A stretch of 32,000 nt of DNA from Microbacterium phage Superfresh. A model generated the notes under the pieces. That model made no database searches. It had not been told where the DNA came from and saw nothing but the letters and a program-made list of their open reading frames with translations. The stretch lies in the sequence record MG839026.1; one strand, written 5' to 3'. Both the position numbers and the translations under genes were made by a program. Shown one piece after another: positions 1 through 10,147 of the stretch. The number at the start of each line of letters is the position of its first letter. Positions within the stretch are counted from its first letter, which is position 1.

Positions 1-1947
1 AGCGCCAACGAGTACATGTCGCAGGTCACGAGCTTCTCCGCAGCACTCCTCCAGGGACTCGGAGGAGACACCGAGGCCGCTGCTGATGTGGCCAACACGG
101 CGATGGTCGACATGAGCGACAACGCCAACAAGTTCGGCTCGAACATCACCGACATCCAGAACGCTTACCAGGGCTTCGCGAAGCAGAACTTCACGATGCT
201 CGACAACCTGAAGCTCGGCTACGGCGGAACCCGCGAGGAGATGGCCCGCCTGGTCAACGACTCCGGGGTCATGGGCGACAGCTTCGAGGCTACGGCCTCC
301 AACCTCGACGAAGTCTCGTTCGACAAGATCATCGCCGCGATCCACACCGTCCAGGACGAGATGGGCATCGCAGGCACGACCGCCAAGGAAGCCACCGAGA
401 CCATCAGCGGCTCGGTCGGCATGCTCAAGGGTGCCTTCGACAACCTCCTGATCGGCCTCGGTAGCGCCGATGCTGATGTGGCCAAGCTGGCAGGCGACGT
501 GATCGACTCGCTGGAGCTGGTCATCACCAACATCACCCCCGTCATCGAGAACATCGGTGCCAACATCGCCACGCTCGGCCCCAAGCTCGGCGAGATGATG
601 GGGTCGCTGGTAGGTGCTATCGCGTCGGCCATCCCGGCCATGCTGGACGCAGGCGTCGCCCTCATCGGTGGCCTGCTGACCGGCATCACTACGGCTCTCC
701 CCAGCCTCATCACCGCGCTCGTGCCTGGCCTCATCCAGCTCGTGCAGACGCTGGTGGAGCTGGGTCCTCAGCTGATCACCGCAGGCGTGCAGGCTATCGT
801 CGCTCTGGCACAGGGCATCGCGCAGGCGCTCCCGACGCTCATCCCTCTCATCATCAACGGCATCCTGAGCATGATCGGGGCACTGGTCACCGCGCTCCCC
901 ATGCTGCTCGAGGCAGGCATCCAGCTCCTCCAGGGACTGATGCAGGGCATTCTCACGGCCATCCCTCAGCTTGTGGCCATGCTCCCGCAGATCATCAGTG
1001 CCATCGTGAACTTCATCGTGACCGGTGTGCCGATGCTGCTGGACGCAGCGGTTCAGCTCTTCACTGGCATGATCGAGGCCATGCCCACGATCATCACCAA
1101 CGTCGTTGCCGTGCTCCCGACGCTGATCGACGCCATCATCAACGCGGTGCTGGGTGCCATCCCGCTCCTCATCGATGCAGGTATCCAGCTCATCACAGCA
1201 CTGGTGACCAACCTCCCGGCCATCATCACGGCCATCGTCGGCGCGATCCCCAAGATCATCACATCGCTGATCTCGGCCATCCTGAACAACATCCCGATGC
1301 TGATCAGCGCGGGTATCCGTCTCATCACGTCGCTGATCGGTGCCCTGCCCCAGATCATTGGCACCATCGTGGGAGCCATCCCGCAGATCATCGGCGGTAT
1401 CGTCGGTGCCATCATCGGTGCTGTGCCGCAGCTCGCACGGGCTGGCCTCCAGCTGATCCAGGGCCTCTGGCGAGGCATCTCGGACGCCGCAGGCTGGCTG
1501 ATGGGCAAGATCGGCGGGTTCGTCAATCAGGTGATGGGCGGCATCAAGGACTTCTTCGGCATCAAGTCGCCCTCGAGGCGGATGCAGAAGGAAGTCGGCC
1601 GTCAGCTCCCTCCCGGTATCGGGATGGGTGTCGAGGACGAAGAGGACGCAGCCCTCAAGCCCATCGAGGACATGAACAAGAAGATCATGACCGAGGCCAC
1701 CCTGACCCCGCTCTCGATCAAGTCCTCCGTGGCGCACACGCTGACCTCCTCGACCCAGAGTGCGGTTCCGGCGAGCTACACGGCCACACCGAACGCGGCA
1801 GCAGGCGCTCAGACGGTCATCATCAGCGGTCCGCTGGTCAGTGTGGCCGAGATGAGCGTCCGCGACGACCGCGACATCCGTACCCTTTCCACCCAGCTCA
1901 AGACGGACATGACCCGTGAGCTTCGAGCGCAGGGAGTCCTCGCATGA
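1..1947 (+). CDS. Tail tape measure protein, C-terminal part (5' end outside window)
   Basis: Frame open from base 1. Long hydrophobic amphipathic repeats (xxIPxLIxAGIQLLxxLxxxLPxII) and C-terminal SPSRRMQKEVGRQLPPGIGMGVE, typical of siphovirus tape measures. Confidence 0.93.
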   Translation, partial: SANEYMSQVTSFSAALLQGLGGDTEAAADVANTAMVDMSDNANKFGSNITDIQNAYQGFAKQNFTMLDNLKLGYGGTREEMARLVNDSGVMGDSFEATASNLDEVSFDKIIAAIHTVQDEMGIAGTTAKEATETISGSVGMLKGAFDNLLIGLGSADADVAKLAGDVIDSLELVITNITPVIENIGANIATLGPKLGEMMGSLVGAIASAIPAMLDAGVALIGGLLTGITTALPSLITALVPGLIQLVQTLVELGPQLITAGVQAIVALAQGIAQALPTLIPLIINGILSMIGALVTALPMLLEAGIQLLQGLMQGILTAIPQLVAMLPQIISAIVNFIVTGVPMLLDAAVQLFTGMIEAMPTIITNVVAVLPTLIDAIINAVLGAIPLLIDAGIQLITALVTNLPAIITAIVGAIPKIITSLISAILNNIPMLISAGIRLITSLIGALPQIIGTIVGAIPQIIGGIVGAIIGAVPQLARAGLQLIQGLWRGISDAAGWLMGKIGGFVNQVMGGIKDFFGIKSPSRRMQKEVGRQLPPGIGMGVEDEEDAALKPIEDMNKKIMTEATLTPLSIKSSVAHTLTSSTQSAVPASYTATPNAAAGAQTVIISGPLVSVAEMSVRDDRDIRTLSTQLKTDMTRELRAQGVLA

Positions 1948-2717
1948 GCTTCAAGCTCGGTACCTTCGACACCAACGACATCGAGGGGTTCAAGGCCATT
2001 CTGACCGAGTGGCCCATGCTCCCGGTGGAGCTTCAGCTGGACAGCCTGCCCGCAGGCGACGGAAGCCTGTTCTACCGTGCCCGTATGACGGAGACGGAAT
2101 GGGTGTTCAACCTCGAGCTGACTGGCACCGACGTGACCGATGTGCTGGCCACGGCCAACCTCATCTCGGCTCAGCTGAACCCGCTGCTCCAGGGTGGCCC
2201 GCAGGACTTCACCCCGAACGCCATGGACCCGTTCATCTGGCAGGGTGTCCTTGGAGCACCCATCAAGTGGGAGCGGGACAAGGTGGTCTGGTTCGCCCAG
2301 GACGGGGTCTGCCGCCTGCTCGGCAGCGCAACCGTAACCACGCCCAACCCCTACGGGTACGCTGTTGGCGAGCCAGTGGTCCTCTCAGGCGACGGGGAGC
2401 TGGACCTGGTCGGCAGCGGCAACACCACGTTTTACCCTGTGCTTGAGTTCCGTGGAGTTTTGTCGGCCGCGCAGACCCTTTCGGTCGGCTCAGTTGAGGT
2501 ATCCGGACCGCTGACCGCAGCACAGACCCTGGTGCTCGACTTCGAGGCCATGGACTTCTACATCAAGACCACGGCGACCGGGGCACGTGTCCGTAACGTG
2601 GCCGACCGCTTCATCACCTTCGAGCGCCTCGAGGGTGTCGCACTGTCCCTGCCCGTGAGCATCTCCGGTGGCACCTTCACCGAGATCAAGGGCACCGTAC
2701 CCTCGAGGAGAATCTGA
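1944..2717 (+). CDS. Distal tail / minor tail protein
   Basis: ATGA overlap with tape measure; position directly after the tape measure; 257 aa. Confidence 0.7.
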   Translation: MSFKLGTFDTNDIEGFKAILTEWPMLPVELQLDSLPAGDGSLFYRARMTETEWVFNLELTGTDVTDVLATANLISAQLNPLLQGGPQDFTPNAMDPFIWQGVLGAPIKWERDKVVWFAQDGVCRLLGSATVTTPNPYGYAVGEPVVLSGDGELDLVGSGNTTFYPVLEFRGVLSAAQTLSVGSVEVSGPLTAAQTLVLDFEAMDFYIKTTATGARVRNVADRFITFERLEGVALSLPVSISGGTFTEIKGTVPSRRI

Positions 2718-5140
2718 TGGCTGAGTACTCTCGCGCCACCAGTCGGGGTGACTGGACTGGCGAATGGGACCCGGATGCAGTCACTCAGGTGCTGCTCCGG
2801 ATGGACTCGTTCGTCGGCTCTGAGATCGACCGACCCACGCCTGACGCATCCGGCAAGGACCGTGCTGCGACCGTCATCAAGTACGGAGGCACGTCGGCTG
2901 TCGCCGTGGCTGACCGCTGGGGCACTGGCCTGCGGATCAACAACCTCGGGGTCTCCGAGCAGTCGTACGTCCACGTCGAGAACGAGGGAGCGCTCTGGCC
3001 GACCTCTGGCTCGGTCATGGTCGGTGCCTGGTACAACGGCAAGAACACTGAGCAGTGGTCCCCTGTGGTCTCGACTCGTGGGGGTGCCGAGGCTCCCCTG
3101 TTCCACCTTGCCGTCAACCACTCCGCCTCTGGAGACCTGGTCAACTACCGCTTCTACAACAACGCAGGCGTCGAGCAGGTCAACAGCTACCTCTCCGGCT
3201 TCCAGATCACCCCGAACGAGTGGTTCTGGATCGGTGCGGTCATGGACGTCACGCTCGGCACGTGGTCGGTCTACGCGGTCAAGCTCAGCGACGGTACGAT
3301 GGCATCTGCCTCTGGTGTGGCCAGCCTGAACAACGCTTGCACGGCAGACCTGGTCGCGGGCTTCGGTCCGGCAGGCTTCTACACGCAGGGCATCCTGGAC
3401 GAGGTCCTGGTCGTCTCGCCGTTCTCCGGCAACGCAGGCCAGTGGGCTCTCCGGAACCGTCTCGCCAACGGTGCCCTGGAGGCCACGGGTACCGACACCA
3501 CCACGATCTCCGGCCGTGCCAGCGTTCGCCCCACGGCGACCCTCCCGGTCGTCTTGCAGTCGCGTGCCGTGCCCGCAGCATGGGGCACCGACATCCCTCA
3601 GCTCGGCGTCAACGGGCTGGGAGCAACCGTCCGCTACCGCACGAGCAACAACCTGACAGCCTGGTCGGCGTGGAAGAACGCGTCCGACATCACGACCGAG
3701 TCGAACGCGGCATGGATCCAGTACGAGGTGACCCTGTCCGCCCTGGACAGCTACATCGATGAGATCCTGCTCAGCACGGCTCCCCCGGCGACCCCTCCCC
3801 TGCCCAGCACCCTCCCGGTCGAGCCGTTCTCCCTCGACCCGCTGCTGGCCATCCCCAGCGGGGGAGGGGTCTTCTTCCAGGACAAGCTCCTGAAGTGCAA
3901 GACCTTCGACAACAGCTCCAACGAGAGCACCCTCACGTTCGCGGTGTCGTGGGCCGATCCCAAGGCCACACTGATCGAGGCAGAGATGCCCATCCTGTTC
4001 AAGGGCCGTCGGTATGTGGCCCGAGCAGTCACGACCACCAAGGAGCGCGGCAAGGCCGTCACTGAGGTCTACGCAGAGCGCCTCTGGTACGATCTCCTGT
4101 ACGCAGGCGAGATTCCTGCGCAGACCTGGAACGTGAGCGCCTTCGACGCGATCTCCAGCGTGCTGGCCGGTACTGACTGGTACGTCGGGCAGGTCGACCC
4201 GGTCGGCATCCTCGGCTGGGAGAGCGATAAGGGCACGGTCCTCGGCACCCTCCAGCAGATCGCCAAGATCTACGGGGGTGACCTGGTCTTCGACGACAAG
4301 AACAAGTTCGTCCACCTGCTGGATCAGGGTGGCCGTGACCGTGGCACCTACTTCGACTACGTCAAGGGCATCACGTCGGCCAGCAAGCGGGAGGACACGA
4401 CCAGCCTGGTCACCCGCATCTACGGGGTGAACGCCGACGGCCTGACCATCGCCCCTGCCAACGAGGGTGTCCCCTACGTGGAGGACTTCACGTGGACCAC
4501 CGAGGTTCGCGAGAGCACCTACGACTTCAAGTCGGGCATGACCCCGCAGGCTATGATGAGGTTCCTGACCGCGTTCATCGCGCAGCGTGCCAAGCCGAAC
4601 ATCAGCTACGAGTACAAGGTGGCAGGCCTCGTAGACCGGGTGGACGAGATCGACCGGTTCGAAGTGCTGGATGTGGTGTTCGTCATGGACGAGGACTACG
4701 CTCAGTCGGTCAAGAACCGCGTGGTCCAGCTCGAGATCGACTACGTAGACCTCCGCAACAGCACGATCACTCTGGCGAACAAGCTCCGCAGTCTGGCCTC
4801 GAGCGACGACTCCAGTGACCCTGGTGCCCTGACCACGGGGCAGACCATTGACACCCGTGACATCTACCCGTTCAACCTGCTGCTGAACAGCCGTGGCGAC
4901 AACGGGATGGCGCACTGGGCAGGCTCTGGGGTCAGCGTCGTGGAAGGCGGGGCAACCGGTCGGTACAGCTTCGCTTTCGGCTCAGGCGGCGGAACCCTCC
5001 AGCAGACCGTCACCAGTGACAACCGGGACAGCTTCGTCTTCTCCGCCCAGATCGACGCAGACACCGACGCTTCGGTGCAGATCGAGGTGACCTTCCAGTA
5101 CACCGACGGCACCACCGAGACCCAGACCCTGGAGCTGTGA
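2717..5140 (+). CDS. Minor tail protein with LamG-like domain followed by prophage-tail (Gp44/tail-associated) type domain
   Basis: 807 aa. N-terminal segment (VMVGAWYNGKNTEQWSPVVS...NEWFWIGAVMD...GILDEVLVV) resembles concanavalin/LamG. The middle (DLLYAGEIPAQTWNVSAFDAISSVLAGTDWYVG...) resembles siphovirus tail-tip proteins. Confidence 0.7.
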   Translation: MAEYSRATSRGDWTGEWDPDAVTQVLLRMDSFVGSEIDRPTPDASGKDRAATVIKYGGTSAVAVADRWGTGLRINNLGVSEQSYVHVENEGALWPTSGSVMVGAWYNGKNTEQWSPVVSTRGGAEAPLFHLAVNHSASGDLVNYRFYNNAGVEQVNSYLSGFQITPNEWFWIGAVMDVTLGTWSVYAVKLSDGTMASASGVASLNNACTADLVAGFGPAGFYTQGILDEVLVVSPFSGNAGQWALRNRLANGALEATGTDTTTISGRASVRPTATLPVVLQSRAVPAAWGTDIPQLGVNGLGATVRYRTSNNLTAWSAWKNASDITTESNAAWIQYEVTLSALDSYIDEILLSTAPPATPPLPSTLPVEPFSLDPLLAIPSGGGVFFQDKLLKCKTFDNSSNESTLTFAVSWADPKATLIEAEMPILFKGRRYVARAVTTTKERGKAVTEVYAERLWYDLLYAGEIPAQTWNVSAFDAISSVLAGTDWYVGQVDPVGILGWESDKGTVLGTLQQIAKIYGGDLVFDDKNKFVHLLDQGGRDRGTYFDYVKGITSASKREDTTSLVTRIYGVNADGLTIAPANEGVPYVEDFTWTTEVRESTYDFKSGMTPQAMMRFLTAFIAQRAKPNISYEYKVAGLVDRVDEIDRFEVLDVVFVMDEDYAQSVKNRVVQLEIDYVDLRNSTITLANKLRSLASSDDSSDPGALTTGQTIDTRDIYPFNLLLNSRGDNGMAHWAGSGVSVVEGGATGRYSFAFGSGGGTLQQTVTSDNRDSFVFSAQIDADTDASVQIEVTFQYTDGTTETQTLEL

Positions 5141-5325
5141 TGATTCGTCGAGTGCAGATCGCCAACCCTGCGAACTACAAGCAGACTCTCACCATCATGG
5201 TGAAGGTGACCACGTCGGACCCGTCCGTGGAGGTCACCGACCTGCTGTTCCAGCCTGGCACGACCGCGACGGGCTGGGTGCCTGCGATCAGCGAGATGCC
5301 CTGGACCACGGGGGTCGTGTCATGA
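5140..5325 (+). CDS. Small minor tail protein (paralogous to N-terminus of next ORF)
   Basis: TGATG coupling with upstream gene; ATGA-type coupling with downstream gene; VKVTTSDPSVEVTDLLFQPG motif. Confidence 0.6.
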   Translation: MIRRVQIANPANYKQTLTIMVKVTTSDPSVEVTDLLFQPGTTATGWVPAISEMPWTTGVVS

Positions 5326-5918
5326 GCTTTCTGCGCACCTTCGGCCAGCTGAAGCCCTCCAAGCCGGTGCTTGGTGTGGCCGTGAAGATCACGACAGCCT
5401 CGGACGCCAAGGTCACCGACATCCAGCTCAACCCCGGCTCCAGCCTGTTCTCCTGGTCGCCTATGGTAGCCGACCTGGGGCTGGTCTCGGCTCCCCGCTG
5501 GCGCTTCGTCAACGGCATGGTCCAGTCGGACTATGACACGTGGATCGCTAGCGACGAGGACATTGCCAGCCCGTACCGGGGCGAATTTTACCCGGTCGGT
5601 CCCCAGGAGGTAAAGTGGGGTTTGCTGCACTTCGGTGAAGTCAGCTCAAAGACGAGCTTCGACGGGACCGACTACAGTATCACCACAGGGGCAGGCATCA
5701 CGCCTCACCTGACGGCCAGGGCCGACCAGCGGCTGGACCTGGTCACGACAGGGCTCATGAGCGCCATCGTAGGCGTGAAGGGCATCAGTGTCGCCCCTGG
5801 CAACCCAGCACGCACCGACCTCGGTAGCGTGACCGCAGCGCACCCTCAGGGATGGAACAGGGTGTGGGCATTCCACGACACGTGGAGTGACGTACTCGCA
5901 GAACATGGAGCCTGGTAA
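5322..5918 (+). CDS. Minor tail protein
   Basis: Coupled start, tail operon position; 198 aa; VKITTASDAKVTDIQLNPG repeats the motif of the preceding ORF. Confidence 0.65.
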   Translation: MSFLRTFGQLKPSKPVLGVAVKITTASDAKVTDIQLNPGSSLFSWSPMVADLGLVSAPRWRFVNGMVQSDYDTWIASDEDIASPYRGEFYPVGPQEVKWGLLHFGEVSSKTSFDGTDYSITTGAGITPHLTARADQRLDLVTTGLMSAIVGVKGISVAPGNPARTDLGSVTAAHPQGWNRVWAFHDTWSDVLAEHGAW

Positions 5919-6406
5919 TGCCTCTCGTAGAGCCTGATGCACCGGACTACGGTCCGCAGACGTTCACTGACCTCGCCGATGCCCTGGCCACACTGTACGC
6001 GAACGACGAGTTCCTCAAGGGCCTCATCGACGACATCGACCCGACCCCGACCGTGGCGAAGGTCAACCTCACGCTGGCCTCGGGCTACGGCAACAACTCC
6101 GCTTACGTCACGACCCGCACAGTCAAGACCGGCCAGCAGGTCACCCTCGAGTGTGGCGTGATCACCTGCCCTGCGTCCTTCGCAGCAGGCACGTACAACA
6201 CTCTCGGCACCGTCACCGCAGCTCACCGGCCTGCCGACGGCAAGCACCGCATGGGGGTCGGAGCGATTTTCACCAGCACGGCCATCGTCCCGGTCCAGTA
6301 CCGCATCAACGGGGCTGACGGCACCATCAACTTCTACTCGGTGCCTGCGGTCACGGGTGCCACGTACATCATCCTCTCCCCTATCAACTGGGACACGGTG
6401 GCGTGA
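5918..6406 (+). CDS. Putative minor tail / tail fibre protein
   Basis: Tail operon position, tight coupling with neighbours. Confidence 0.6.
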   Translation: MPLVEPDAPDYGPQTFTDLADALATLYANDEFLKGLIDDIDPTPTVAKVNLTLASGYGNNSAYVTTRTVKTGQQVTLECGVITCPASFAAGTYNTLGTVTAAHRPADGKHRMGVGAIFTSTAIVPVQYRINGADGTINFYSVPAVTGATYIILSPINWDTVA

Positions 6407-8541
6407 TGGGACACCGCGTAACCCTCTGGCACAGCAACCAGACTGTGCGTACTGAAGGCGTCCTCGACAAGTACGGGGACGCGATTGACGACGTGCTGCT
6501 GGTGGCCTACGAGCTTCGCACGACCGGTCTGGTGAACCTCAACATCCAGAACACGGTCGAGGCAGTCCGTGCCAAGTGGCCGAACATCCAGTGGTGGCTG
6601 ACCATCCAGTGCTTCTCGAGCGCGGCCTGGAAGATGCTGAACACGGACGCTACCTTCCGGGCCAGCATCCTGTCTCAGCTGGCTGCGATCTACGGCACCT
6701 ACCCGTGGATCACTGGGGTCGACCTCGACGCTGAGGGCTTCGGCTCCAACATGACCGTCGGGGAGGCATACGCGGGATACACGACCCTCGGGGACCACGC
6801 TCGCACCTTCGGCCTCAAGGTCAGCGCGGCTCTGCCCGCAGCAACCGAAGGCAACTTCAGCATCGGTGGGGAGAACTGGCTCGACTACGAGCTGTTCGGT
6901 GCCTACTTCGATCGTGTGGCCATCATGACCTACGACTTCGCCTGGTCGGGGAGTGCCCCTGGCCCGATCGCACCCCGCTTCTGGATCCAGCAGGTGTACG
7001 ACTGGACCGTCTCTGTCATCGACCCCGACAAGGTGCTGATGGGCATCCCGGCCTACGGGCAGAACTGGAGCATCCACTGTCCTGTGGAGGAGCTTCCGGG
7101 CTGGCCTGGCTGGCCGTATCGAGGCAACTCCGGCGCGTACTACTGGTTCTGGTACATGACCACGGGGGTCTGGGGACCGATGGCTGGGGATGACGACCCG
7201 GTGGACTGGGACCAGACTCGGGCCAGCTGGCTCGTGTTTCGCGACAAGGAGACCAATTCCCCCTTCACCCTGATTGGGTGCTACTGGTGGGCTACGGCGA
7301 TCCAGCGGACCGGCAACAGCGGCATGGAGCTCGGTGAGTTCAACGGCCGGAGCTACTTCACCCGTTACGGGCAGGCCGCAGCAGACCCGGTAGGTGGCAT
7401 GGCTGACCAGACGGTCGGCACGCAGCACGTCACGCACACGGTCCGCCCTATCCAGGTGATCGACTCCAACGGTCAGTGGGCCAACAACGACGTGCACAAC
7501 ATCACGATCGAGGTTCTCCAGCGCGACCCGCAGTCGGCTACCATCATGGACGACGACTGTGCTACCGCAGGCACCCTCGGCATCTACTACAACGAGGCAG
7601 GCGGAGCCGACTGGACGCACTGGCGTCAGGGAGACCCGCTGCTCAACCCGCGTACCTACGGTCAGTTCCGCGTCGGCGGTGCTGGTCGCCTGTCGCTGAC
7701 CAACATCGACGCAGGCGGCGAGTTCCACGTGCAGGGCCGCTTCCAGCTCCCGTCGGCAGGCGGTCGCGCAGGCGTCTTCCACGGCTCCTACGAGGCTACC
7801 GTGGACCAGTGGGGCACCCTCATCCTGAGCCGCAACGGCACGACCCTGGCAACGACCTCTGTCTCTGCTCCTGGTCTCAGCGCGAACCCCGGCTCCGGCC
7901 GTGCGGTCATCGGTCTGCGAGTACGCGGGCAGCACGCTCGGGTGTACTACAGCCGGACCGAGGTTGACGTGCCCCTCGTCCTGGAGTACAACGACCCCTC
8001 GTATGTGGCCGGACGCAGCGGTATGGTCAGCATGAGTGGAGCCGCATGGTTCGATCACGTCCGCTGGGGCGATGCCTGGTGGTACAACCCTCGTGAGGCT
8101 GTAGACGTGCAGGTCGGCCCGTTCATGTTCTACGACGTGGGCCGCATTCCCCGCAGCAACGTCACCTGGGATGGCTTCAACCGCTTCCGGGTGAACACCG
8201 ACGTGGAGGAGCGCACCACTCGCACCAAGTCGATCTCCAACGACTGGGCATACATCCATCTCAAGGGTGTCGGCATCGCCGCTGGCACGACTCGAGACGT
8301 CAAGTTCATCCCCCGTGACATTGACTGCTGGATCGGCACGGTGTACCTGTGCGACCCGCAGGGCACGAGCCTGTCGCACTACGCCGACGCCGAGTACATG
8401 GCGCACAGCAGGGACCTCGCTCACGACGAGTGGGGTCTGGCTGGTGTGGCCGTGTGGAGGCTCGGGCAGGAGGATGTAAGGTTCTGGGAACGGATCAAGA
8501 GTGGCCGTCTGGACCCGGCAAGCAGGATCCCCATCCTGTAA
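6406..8541 (+). CDS. Tail-associated protein with glycosyl hydrolase family 18-like domain
   Basis: WITGVDLDAEGFG (DxDxE catalytic motif), MTYDFAWSGS, VLMGIPAYGQNW are GH18 landmarks; C-terminal half is probably a beta-rich binding region. An alternative GTG start lies at 6403. Confidence 0.8.
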   Translation: MGHRVTLWHSNQTVRTEGVLDKYGDAIDDVLLVAYELRTTGLVNLNIQNTVEAVRAKWPNIQWWLTIQCFSSAAWKMLNTDATFRASILSQLAAIYGTYPWITGVDLDAEGFGSNMTVGEAYAGYTTLGDHARTFGLKVSAALPAATEGNFSIGGENWLDYELFGAYFDRVAIMTYDFAWSGSAPGPIAPRFWIQQVYDWTVSVIDPDKVLMGIPAYGQNWSIHCPVEELPGWPGWPYRGNSGAYYWFWYMTTGVWGPMAGDDDPVDWDQTRASWLVFRDKETNSPFTLIGCYWWATAIQRTGNSGMELGEFNGRSYFTRYGQAAADPVGGMADQTVGTQHVTHTVRPIQVIDSNGQWANNDVHNITIEVLQRDPQSATIMDDDCATAGTLGIYYNEAGGADWTHWRQGDPLLNPRTYGQFRVGGAGRLSLTNIDAGGEFHVQGRFQLPSAGGRAGVFHGSYEATVDQWGTLILSRNGTTLATTSVSAPGLSANPGSGRAVIGLRVRGQHARVYYSRTEVDVPLVLEYNDPSYVAGRSGMVSMSGAAWFDHVRWGDAWWYNPREAVDVQVGPFMFYDVGRIPRSNVTWDGFNRFRVNTDVEERTTRTKSISNDWAYIHLKGVGIAAGTTRDVKFIPRDIDCWIGTVYLCDPQGTSLSHYADAEYMAHSRDLAHDEWGLAGVAVWRLGQEDVRFWERIKSGRLDPASRIPIL

Positions 8542-8570
8542 TCAAGGCCACACCAAGAAGGAGAATCATC

Positions 8571-9377
8571 ATGACCGATCTCGCAAATCACCCCGGCTTC
8601 TGGCTGAGGGACGACGCAGCGAAGGCGTTCGACGCCTGGGAAGCCAAGTACGGCAAGCGCAAGCTCAACAGCGCAGGCCGGACCAAGGCATCGCAGCAGG
8701 GTCTCATCAACCGCTGGCACCAGGGAGGACCGGCCAACCGTCCCCCGTACCTGTACCGTCCGGCCGAGCCTGCCGAGACCAGCCCTCACGTCATCGACGG
8801 TGGCATCGCGGTCGACCTCGCGGACTGGCAGGAGGCGAAGAAGACCTCCGAGGAGTTCGGCTTCCACTGGTACGGCGACGGCGACGTGGTCCACTTCAAC
8901 TTCCGGGGCTGGGACGGCAACAGCGCGAAGCGTGGTGGCTACCAGGACGGCACCGTCGAGCTCAAGCGCTTCCAGGAGAAGCTCATCCGCATGGGCCACG
9001 ACCTCGGCCCGACCGGTGCTGACGCGGTCTTCGGCCCGCGCACGAAGGCGGCAACCCTCCACGAGCAGGGCATGGCCGAGAAGAACGGCTACCCGGGAGG
9101 CAAGGTCTCCGACGATGGCCTCCCCGGCCCTCAGACCGAGGCTTACCTCGACTGGTGGCTCGTCGGTCGGCACGCAGCTCGCCCCAGCAGCAAGTCCGCT
9201 GGTGAGCTGACCTACGCCGACATCCAGGCGGCTCTGCGTCGCCACGGGTACGACCTGGTCGTGGACAACATCTGGGGTCCCAAGTCGTCCGCAGCACTGG
9301 CCGACTTCCAGCGCAAGAACGGTCTCAAGGTCGACCGCCTGGTCGGCCCGCTGACCTGGGACAAGCTCAACCGCTGA
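8571..9377 (+). CDS. Endolysin: M15/VanY-like D-Ala-D-Ala carboxypeptidase domain plus C-terminal peptidoglycan-binding domain
   Basis: SPHVIDGGIAVDLADW...FGFHWYGDGDVVHFNF matches the M15 HxxGxAxD...GDxxHF pattern; LTYADIQAALRRHGYDLVVDNIWGPKSSAALADFQRKNGL is PG_binding_1-like. RBS AAGGAG upstream. Confidence 0.88.
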   Translation: MTDLANHPGFWLRDDAAKAFDAWEAKYGKRKLNSAGRTKASQQGLINRWHQGGPANRPPYLYRPAEPAETSPHVIDGGIAVDLADWQEAKKTSEEFGFHWYGDGDVVHFNFRGWDGNSAKRGGYQDGTVELKRFQEKLIRMGHDLGPTGADAVFGPRTKAATLHEQGMAEKNGYPGGKVSDDGLPGPQTEAYLDWWLVGRHAARPSSKSAGELTYADIQAALRRHGYDLVVDNIWGPKSSAALADFQRKNGLKVDRLVGPLTWDKLNR

Positions 9378-9411
9378 TCCACCGAGTAAGTACCTCCAGG
9401 GAAGGAGCCTC

Positions 9412-9801
9412 ATGCTGGAGGCAGTCAAGACGATCATCGACTCGCTGATGCCCTTGTTCGTCGCAGTGGTCACCGTCTACGGTGGCGTCATGGTAGCCAA
9501 GCTGAACCGCGTGCAGAAGCAGACCCAGGCCACGAACGCCAAGGTCGAGCAGGTCCAGAACGACATCATCACGAACCACGGCAGCAAGAACATCGGCGAT
9601 GCAATAGATCGCCTTACCACTCATGTGAACGTCATGAGTGACAATCAGGACGACCTGATCAGGACGGTGAAGGGCATGCAGTCTCGAGATGAGGCGCTCG
9701 AGGCTCGGGTCAACGCGGTGGATCACATCCTCGCTCGGCTCGGGCACGTGCCTGCCCCTCACCGTTCGGTCGGTCTCTTCAGGTTCATCAAAAGGAAGTA
9801 G
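9412..9801 (+). CDS. Membrane protein of lysis cassette (single N-terminal TM, charged coiled tail)
   Basis: LMPLFVAVVTVYGGVMVAKL TM segment followed by a hydrophilic helical region; AAGGAG RBS; next to the endolysin. Confidence 0.6.
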   Translation: MLEAVKTIIDSLMPLFVAVVTVYGGVMVAKLNRVQKQTQATNAKVEQVQNDIITNHGSKNIGDAIDRLTTHVNVMSDNQDDLIRTVKGMQSRDEALEARVNAVDHILARLGHVPAPHRSVGLFRFIKRK

Positions 9802-9805
9802 AAAC

Positions 9806-10147
9806 ATGGATATCGCCATCACGCTCGCAACCATCCCGGCCATCATCGCCGTCGTCACGCTCGCCAAGGACCTCGGTCTCCGTAGCACGTTCGCCCCGCT
9901 CCTCGCCATCGTGCTTGGTGTGGCCTTCGCGCTCTTCGACCTGTTCTCGGTCGGCTCCATCATCGGCACCCAGACCATCCTGCAGGCCATCGCCGCTGGC
10001 GTCCTGCTGGGTCTCTCGGCCGCTGGCCTGTACGACGGGGCACGGGCCATCGGCAGCAAGACGCCTGCGGCCACGGTGGTCGTGGAGGAGGACGTGGCAA
10101 CCAAGCCCGCGACCCGTTCCCAGGCCGACACGCTCGACGGCATCTAA
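9806..10147 (+). CDS. Putative holin
   Basis: Several hydrophobic segments (ITLATIPAIIAVVTLA, FAPLLAIVLGVAFALFDLF, ILQAIAAGVLLGLSAAGLY), charged C-terminus, adjacent to the endolysin. Confidence 0.65.
   Translation: MDIAITLATIPAIIAVVTLAKDLGLRSTFAPLLAIVLGVAFALFDLFSVGSIIGTQTILQAIAAGVLLGLSAAGLYDGARAIGSKTPAATVVVEEDVATKPATRSQADTLDGI

Noticed and set aside
2558-4915. 785-aa - strand ORF antisense to the minor tail gene
   Set aside because: High-GC antisense artefact: product lacks domain logic, and the + strand frame has clear tail domains and coupled neighbours.
6334-8424. 696-aa - strand ORF antisense to the GH18 tail gene
   Set aside because: Same antisense artefact; the + frame has GH18 motifs.
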